From a virus, in the IMG/VR virus record IMGVR_UViG_3300009151_000044, positions 1-64,000 of that record: DNA of 64,000 bases; one strand, given 5' to 3'. The notes beneath the pieces were generated by a model, which was not told the origin of the DNA, made no database searches, and saw only the letters and a program-made list of their open reading frames with translations. Both the position numbers and the translations under genes were made by a program. Below are positions 58,306 to 64,000 of the stretch, in pieces (the stretch's first letter is position 1; each line of letters starts with the position of its first letter).

Positions 58306-58701
58306 TTAATATTTAATGAACGAACCATTTTCTCCGTCTTCGGAGACCTCAATCCAAACCTCACGGTCTGGATACTTTTGTGAAATAGTGTCGTACAATT
58401 CGTCCGACATCATTTCGCAACTCTTATGATCTAGCGACAAAACACCTTGTGCGCTAGAATACAGTTGTTCAAGCCATCGCTTGAACTGTATGAATTCCAC
58501 ATCTCTATCATTGTGGGTGACACTAAGCCATACCCTAAAATGGAAAATATGACGATGAGGATTAGCAAGAAACGATACATCATATTGATCTCCTGTTGCT
58601 AGGTTAGGGTCTGTAGCGGCCGCAGGATAGCAATGAATGCCTTCCTTTTGAAATGTGACCCAAATCATTTTAAGCGGGCGAATGTCTTGTTTAATAATCA
58701 T
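58306..58701 (-). CDS. QueD-paralogous T-fold enzyme with LxxxHRHxF motif (DpdL-like candidate)
   Basis: EGIHCYP; FLANPHRHIFH; DRDVEFIQFK; SCEM; EVSEDGENG. It lacks the C...HGH motif of canonical QueD. Confidence 0.7.
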   Translation of the reverse strand: MIIKQDIRPLKMIWVTFQKEGIHCYPAAATDPNLATGDQYDVSFLANPHRHIFHFRVWLSVTHNDRDVEFIQFKRWLEQLYSSAQGVLSLDHKSCEMMSDELYDTISQKYPDREVWIEVSEDGENGSFIKY

Positions 58702-59240
58702 TTTATAATTTGGTCGTTAGTGTAGTCAGTCCACGGAGTGAACTTACTACGGTCTTTAAGAGTGTGTAGACTATGTGACCACACACCAGGATTAGTAGCA
58801 TTAAAATCTTTATCGTCAATTTTAATCATCGTATTATAATTCCATAATTTAATGTAGGGAATTGGAACTCTTATCTGCGGAATAAAATTATTATGATCAT
58901 TTAATCCGCCATCATTGAATTCTTCTACTTGATTTAAGGGAATATCTAAACTACACCAGTAGCCTTGCTCGAGAAAATATGTAATCATATCTTCCCATAG
59001 TTTATGTTCATCATATCCGTTGGGATTAAAACTATGATTAGCACCAAAGAAAATATGCTTAATATGTTTACTAGTATCAAGCAAACAATTCTCATCTCCG
59101 AGGATATGCTCGATTGCTTGCTCGTTTTGAACACCAGTTACAAATAGTGTACGCATACCGAATGTAGGTGTATGCTCGACTTCATTACCAATAAAGAAAT
59201 CTACGTTATCACTCACACCGTCTTTATAGTCACGCTTCAT
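58698..59240 (-). CDS. Hypothetical protein in the deazaguanine cluster
   Basis: FFIGNEVEHTP.FG..TLFV; HIFFGANHSF; KIDDKDF.ATNPGVW; coupled to the T-fold gene. Confidence 0.75.
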   Translation of the reverse strand: MKRDYKDGVSDNVDFFIGNEVEHTPTFGMRTLFVTGVQNEQAIEHILGDENCLLDTSKHIKHIFFGANHSFNPNGYDEHKLWEDMITYFLEQGYWCSLDIPLNQVEEFNDGGLNDHNNFIPQIRVPIPYIKLWNYNTMIKIDDKDFNATNPGVWSHSLHTLKDRSKFTPWTDYTNDQIIK

Positions 59241-59472
59241 TTTTAGTTTGCTCGTAAAGTTTAAACATTCGAGTCACGTCTTCCATGCGTTCAGCAAAAT
59301 GCTCAGGAGCACCTCGAGCCGCCGCTTTCATGTCATATTCTTCGGGATAGTGTCGTAAACAAGCTCGAGCACCGTCTTTGATTGCTTTTGGAACTCGGGG
59401 AGTAGTCAGGATCTCTAATAGAAATCTTTTAGTTTGTACTACTGCTCGATATCTTTCATCTGGTAATGTCAT
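59230..59472 (-). CDS. Hypothetical protein
   Basis: MTLPDERYRA...TPRVPK.I...A..CLRHYP. Confidence 0.7.
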   Translation of the reverse strand: MTLPDERYRAVVQTKRFLLEILTTPRVPKAIKDGARACLRHYPEEYDMKAAARGAPEHFAERMEDVTRMFKLYEQTKNEA

Positions 59473-61106
59473 TTTACTATTGCTTCTAGTTCGTCAAGTT
59501 TATCAATTGCGGATTCGTTGAATTCGCTGTCTTCTGCTAATTGTACAGTATTGGAATCCACTTCGTCAAATAGATTGGCAAACGATGTACTAGCATTAAC
59601 AGTTTTCTTACCGCTAGCACCTCGAGTACCAATAATATCCATCCAATATTTGTTATATTCTTCAACTAGGTCGTCTGCTCGTCCTCGATCACTTGTTTCA
59701 AATATAGCATTAACGATGTCCTTGAAAAACATGTGTTCATATTGCTTAGACGATTTTCTATTTGCGTCTAGTACACTCATCATAGCAGGCATATTACCAG
59801 CATCATATTGGCGGTTAGCTTCTTGTACAGCATTAATATGCATCCAAACATTGTGCCCCATTTGAATAGCATAACTAAATGAATCCCAGCTAGTCTTGTT
59901 ACTAACTTTACCTAACTTATTCAAGTCCGGTGTTTTAATCCAATCTGCTGGATTCATTGGGTCCGGATTAGTAATACCAGGTTTGGGAATACCAGCACCG
60001 TAGATACAAATCTCTTTCATAGTAACTTGATCTATGATTGGACTAGATTCAAATAATTTAAAGATATTATCTTGTATTACTGCGTCTTTAAAGAGTCTAG
60101 TGTCTGTTGCGTATTTTTTATTGTCTGCAGAAGACTGCATACGGTAGACCCATTTTTTACGATCTTCGGTTTCTGTGTTGATATAGATTTGTCCGTTTGC
60201 GGTAGCAAGGAACGGACTTGCGCAGTCAAAAGAGATGGTAAATTGCTCATTATGATATTTCCTTACAGCACGTTGAATGTCAGTGAGCAGTACAGCCCAC
60301 TCCAATTTTGAGGTACCTAAGAAGTGCATCCAATCTTGTTCACCCTTCTCAAGCAAGCCATCAAATCTTAATGCCACTAGGCGTTTTAATACCAAGTGTA
60401 CGTCACACATATTCTGCCCACCCATACCCCAACCGTTAAAATGACGGTCGCCGTATTGTTTAGGATCACAATACTTCTTCATGCGATCATACCAGTCGTC
60501 GGCATCGGCGTGATTTTCGCCCTGTAAAACGTTTAAGAACTTACAATTGCCGTTTCGATTATTAACAAAATAATCGTTATTAATATAAGTACCTTGTACA
60601 GCTTCTGCGTATGTACTAATGCCAGTTGCCGCAACACCAGACGGACTACGAGCTACCCACGCTGGGATATCAAGCCCCATACCATAGTCCATTAGCGTGT
60701 CCATCCAAGTTAACACTTGAGAACGTTTCTTTGCCGCTTTGGGACAATTGGGATCTTTCCAATCAGCAGGCCAAACACCTTTACCGATCTGGAAACCACC
60801 TGAGTCACCTAACACCCAACTTGTAGATCTATTACGATTTCGGAACATGTCCTCGCTTTCGTCTTGTTTATTCAAATCAAGATTAGCATGTCCTGCGGAG
60901 TACAAACAATGGTCATAATAAAATGCGCCTTTATCTGGGTCAAGATAGTTAAGACTTTCAACGCCATTCACAAAACTTGCCGGAATACGAGCAGGATCTA
61001 CATAGTTGCTATAGCGTTGTTTACCTATAAATGTACTATAAAATCCCGATGTTGCTGGCAAGAAATATGCGTAATCGTTTTGATGTGCTGTTAAATTTTT
61101 ATTCAT
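59469..61106 (-). CDS. DpdA/TGT-like guanine transglycosylase
   Basis: LGDSGGFQ (Asp of the TGT DSGG motif); MGLDIP; LNVLQG; GWGMGG; MHFLG; SFDCASP (nucleophile Asp); GHNV. Start at ATG 61106. Confidence 0.85.
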   Translation of the reverse strand: MNKNLTAHQNDYAYFLPATSGFYSTFIGKQRYSNYVDPARIPASFVNGVESLNYLDPDKGAFYYDHCLYSAGHANLDLNKQDESEDMFRNRNRSTSWVLGDSGGFQIGKGVWPADWKDPNCPKAAKKRSQVLTWMDTLMDYGMGLDIPAWVARSPSGVAATGISTYAEAVQGTYINNDYFVNNRNGNCKFLNVLQGENHADADDWYDRMKKYCDPKQYGDRHFNGWGMGGQNMCDVHLVLKRLVALRFDGLLEKGEQDWMHFLGTSKLEWAVLLTDIQRAVRKYHNEQFTISFDCASPFLATANGQIYINTETEDRKKWVYRMQSSADNKKYATDTRLFKDAVIQDNIFKLFESSPIIDQVTMKEICIYGAGIPKPGITNPDPMNPADWIKTPDLNKLGKVSNKTSWDSFSYAIQMGHNVWMHINAVQEANRQYDAGNMPAMMSVLDANRKSSKQYEHMFFKDIVNAIFETSDRGRADDLVEEYNKYWMDIIGTRGASGKKTVNASTSFANLFDEVDSNTVQLAEDSEFNESAIDKLDELEAIVK

Positions 61107-61453
61107 ATTAAATGTTGTGCCAGTACCATACAGCTGATCCACGCCCATATAGTGTTAAATCCTACTAGTGTCGGTAATAATTTCTTCTCACTTGCCCAAA
61201 TAAGTGTTAGACTTGTTGCTAGTGTAAAGAAATACAACCACCATATTTGTATACCGAATATTAAACCAGGAACAATGATAAAAGCCTTGGCCGCCCAACT
61301 TAAAAACTCCACGAGATTATAGTCAGTCCAATATTCCTTTGTAAACCACATGCCATAGCACTCTTTAATCTTAGTAAACGTAATATGTTTATATACTATT
61401 ACTATTAAAACTAGCCATGCTAGGCATGCAGATACTATCTGGACATTATTCAT
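61103..61453 (-). CDS. Small multi-pass membrane protein
   Basis: About four hydrophobic segments in 116 aa. Confidence 0.7.
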   Translation of the reverse strand: MNNVQIVSACLAWLVLIVIVYKHITFTKIKECYGMWFTKEYWTDYNLVEFLSWAAKAFIIVPGLIFGIQIWWLYFFTLATSLTLIWASEKKLLPTLVGFNTIWAWISCMVLAQHLI

Positions 61454-62184
61454 TACTTAGATTGTGCTGGTAGAATGTAGTTATACTCGGCAAGTCCGCT
61501 GTCAACTGTAATTTGTAGTGCGCCTTGATCAGTAATCTTCATAGTAATATCACCACTTAGATTTAAAATGCTCATCATTTGATTAACGGGCCATGACCAC
61601 GATTGTTTCAATTTACCAGTAATGCCTGCTTGGAAAATAAATGATCCAGCATGGGTGCTAGCATCACCAAAACTAAACACTAGGTTATCATCTTTAGTTG
61701 TTATTTGAAATACTGTTTCTTCAGTATGTGCTTGTGCTTGGAACTTCAACCGTTGGATACTTGAAACGCTTGGTTGGAATTCAATATCCCAAGAAGAGCC
61801 TTTATACTTTACAGACTTAAGACGTTCGTTAATAATGTCTTGATTCATAAAACGGTAATCGTTTTCAAAATCGTTAGCCGCATTAACAAAGTGTAACCCT
61901 GTTGGAATTTCTTCCCCGTTACGTTGTTGTTTAACCACGCTAATCTTTGCGTTTTCTTTGTACTCTGGGCACTTCAAATGAATGTCCAACTTGTTTAAGT
62001 TAGGCATGCCAAACGTACCTTCAAAGTCGCTGACTGGTTTATGAGTCTTAGCATTAACAATAACTGAACGATCCTCAGCCATCGATTCAATTTTTGTTTC
62101 TGTGTCAGTAGCACTAATTTTCACTAATGGCAAAAAGCCAAGTGAATGTGTATGTGCTACTAGGTCTTGTAAAAAGTCTTTCAT
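61453..62184 (-). CDS. DNA polymerase sliding clamp (gp45-like)
   Basis: 243 aa near the polymerase; FGMPNL..L; YRFM; ISDQGALQI-like and terminal Y.YILPA motifs. Confidence 0.7.
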   Translation of the reverse strand: MKDFLQDLVAHTHSLGFLPLVKISATDTETKIESMAEDRSVIVNAKTHKPVSDFEGTFGMPNLNKLDIHLKCPEYKENAKISVVKQQRNGEEIPTGLHFVNAANDFENDYRFMNQDIINERLKSVKYKGSSWDIEFQPSVSSIQRLKFQAQAHTEETVFQITTKDDNLVFSFGDASTHAGSFIFQAGITGKLKQSWSWPVNQMMSILNLSGDITMKITDQGALQITVDSGLAEYNYILPAQSK

Positions 62185-62205
62185 ATTGATTCTCCGTGTT
62201 TATCT

Positions 62206-62234
62206 ATTATATTTAGGTTTGTGACAAAAGTCAA
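62206..62234 (-). promoter_or_regulatory. Sigma70-type promoter for the clamp-dpdA operon, overlapping a late-type motif
   Basis: Minus strand TTGACT-N17-TATAAT; CCTAAATA at 62210-62217; GGAG RBS. Confidence 0.75.
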
Positions 62235-63004
62235 GCATTTTTTCGTATTTGATGATTGTATTTCACCGTTTCTTCAACTAGTGTAATTGGCGACCCAATT
62301 GCGTTAGCCCATTGTATAAATGCTGTCGTGTCTTTGGGGAAACAATGACCTCCCCATCCACGTTCTCCATCTGGTCCTGGCACAATAGTGTGTCCAGAAC
62401 CAATTCTTTGATCGTTAGCTAGTATGTGTCTAACGATATCATAATCCATTCCTGTTGTTTCGCAAATATCGTTTATTTGATTAAAGAAACTTGTTTTAAG
62501 AGCAAGGAACGAGTTAGTTGAGTATTTGACTAAACATGCTTCTTTAGCAGTACAGTTAAACACTAGTTTACAATTTGGTAATGTTGTTTGGAATAGTTCT
62601 TGCCAAAAACATTCAGGATCCTCACCGCCTAACACAACATACTTTTGATTTAAGAAATCTTCATTAGCACTTCTTGCTCTTAAAAACTCTGGACTATATG
62701 TTATAGAAAGTGTTGAATATGCTTGTTCGAAAGCTTCGGCAATGCCAGGGGTTACTGTACTTTTAATTAACACTGGCATGAATATAGGTACTTGGTCCAA
62801 TATGCTAATAATTATACTGTCATCGCAAACACCATTTTCAGTAGCGGGAGTTGGCGCACATATAATCAATCCATCGGCATCGTGATGATCTTTAATTTGA
62901 TCTTCGGAATATTTAGGATCAACAATAACGATTTCGTGTTGATTTTTAAAAGCATTGAATACTGCTTTACCAACAAATCCGTATCCGGCAATAATTATTT
63001 TCAT
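62231..63004 (-). CDS. UDP-glucose/GDP-mannose 6-dehydrogenase family (short form)
   Basis: GYGFVG; ICAPTP; KSTVTPG; SPEFLR; KYSTNSFLA.K; catalytic GWGGHCFPKD. Confidence 0.9.
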   Translation of the reverse strand: MKIIIAGYGFVGKAVFNAFKNQHEIVIVDPKYSEDQIKDHHDADGLIICAPTPATENGVCDDSIIISILDQVPIFMPVLIKSTVTPGIAEAFEQAYSTLSITYSPEFLRARSANEDFLNQKYVVLGGEDPECFWQELFQTTLPNCKLVFNCTAKEACLVKYSTNSFLALKTSFFNQINDICETTGMDYDIVRHILANDQRIGSGHTIVPGPDGERGWGGHCFPKDTTAFIQWANAIGSPITLVEETVKYNHQIRKNA

Positions 63005-63005
63005 A

Positions 63006-64000
63006 TTAGAACTCAAATAAACTGTTAAATGTATTCTTTTCTTCAGTGCTAGTAACGTCCCACTTCAATACACCGATTAAGTTGTCTAACTTATTATCGA
63101 TGATTGTTTGCTCCATTTCAGCATGATCGAACGGCAAGTCTTTGAACCATTGTGGTAATCGTAACTCGTCTACTGGATAGGCAACACTAGTGTATCCAAG
63201 AGGATTCTGTTTTAGCTTACAAACAATAACTTTAGCACCATCGGTAATCGACATTGAGTATTTGTCGTTAAACATACGCTTTAAGGTATTCCAATTAATA
63301 CTAGCACGGACATGTCCAGGCATATTAGCTTTACCGGCTTTTACTTCTTTAGCTTGATATTCTGTAATCTTGTTAGCACGTTTAGGTGAACCTTTCTCCC
63401 AACCTGGTCTGCTTTTGAATCTCAATCTAAATTCGCTGATATGTGCTAGTACATCATCTTCGGTGGCTCCTGTCAAGACTTTTTCAAGTACATCACTTAA
63501 AAAGTTCTGAATGAATTCCGGCGTATCACTGCGCTTCAAATCCAAGCCCATGGCCTTGATCTTACCAGGTTTACCATCCACGTCTGCCCGTTTGCCCTCC
63601 TTGTCATAATACAAGACAGCATAGCGTTTCTTAGTAATGAACAGACTCTTACTGCCAACGATCTCACGACCTGCTTTGATAACTTCACCACGGGTCTTTG
63701 GACAGTGGAACGCATCTAACATAAACTGTGGGAATGTGGTATTGACTTCTTCACCAATTTGGTCATACAACTGTATAACACTTTCTTTAGTCCAGGGTAC
63801 ATGTCCTGCGGCAATTTCTTTTTCTAATGTTTTATACGCACTAAAGTAACAAGAGTCAGTATCACCATAGATAATAGCTTTGCCTGTGTGATTGTATTCG
63901 CCTGCGATAATTTCATTTACCTTACTTGCCATATGGTGTGCGATAGCACGTCCAGTAAGAGTGGTAGATTGACCGATGCGTTTATCAAAAAAGCGACACC
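63006..64000 (-). CDS. gp43: Family B DNA polymerase (gp43-like), 3' part; continues beyond the window
   Basis: IGQSTTLTGR (read upstream of the listed Met); YGDTDS; KKRYA; MGLDLKRSDTP. Confidence 0.95.
   Translation of the reverse strand, partial: CRFFDKRIGQSTTLTGRAIAHHMASKVNEIIAGEYNHTGKAIIYGDTDSCYFSAYKTLEKEIAAGHVPWTKESVIQLYDQIGEEVNTTFPQFMLDAFHCPKTRGEVIKAGREIVGSKSLFITKKRYAVLYYDKEGKRADVDGKPGKIKAMGLDLKRSDTPEFIQNFLSDVLEKVLTGATEDDVLAHISEFRLRFKSRPGWEKGSPKRANKITEYQAKEVKAGKANMPGHVRASINWNTLKRMFNDKYSMSITDGAKVIVCKLKQNPLGYTSVAYPVDELRLPQWFKDLPFDHAEMEQTIIDNKLDNLIGVLKWDVTSTEEKNTFNSLFEF

Noticed and set aside
59469-61106. Ordinary tRNA-guanine transglycosylase for queuosine
   Set aside because: It is too long, lacks the CxCxxC zinc motif, has no queA/queF/queC in the window, and lies in a replication operon. 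A DNA-acting role is preferred but not proven.
1-64000. CRISPR array, tRNA or rRNA genes, integrase or transposase
   Set aside because: No regularly spaced repeats, cloverleaf-sized intergenic elements or recombinase motifs were seen; the window is almost fully coding.
1-64000. Stop-codon reassignment, as in some large phages
   Set aside because: Conserved genes are full length and tile tightly under the standard code.

Overview
The window is a 64-kb internal segment of a large, AT-rich, T4-superfamily-like myophage genome. No cellular, rRNA, tRNA or CRISPR content is visible, and the standard genetic code reads cleanly. It has three blocks. (1) 182-4491, minus strand: GIY-YIG protein, gp46/gp47 (Rad50/Mre11-like) recombination nuclease and a gp55-like late sigma factor. 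(2) 4568-43127, plus strand, late region: baseplate genes (gp53-, hub-, gp5-, gp25- and gp6-like), a 4707-aa giant baseplate protein, a complete sedolisin (S53) protease, three paralogous tail fibres and four glycosyltransferase-like genes. (3) 43088-64000, minus strand, early/replication region: ThyX, 2OG-Fe(II) oxygenase, an AAA+/VWA pair, RNase H, sliding clamp, UDP-glucose dehydrogenase and the 3' end of a family-B DNA polymerase. This block also carries a 7-deazaguanine toolkit: FolE, an atypical QueE, an LxxxHRHxF T-fold protein and a DpdA/TGT-like transglycosylase. It is tightly linked to a GT-B glycosyltransferase, a phosphoribosyltransferase and a HIT hydrolase. The best candidate for an undescribed system is a glycosylated (hypermodified) 7-deazaguanine DNA modification pathway, possibly controlled by a tiny pseudoknot in the folE leader. 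Other leads are a possible virion-glycosylation cluster, a sedolisin in the tail module, a structured non-coding region downstream of the GIY-YIG gene, and an unusual promoter architecture. All functional calls come from reading motifs by eye; no database search was run.
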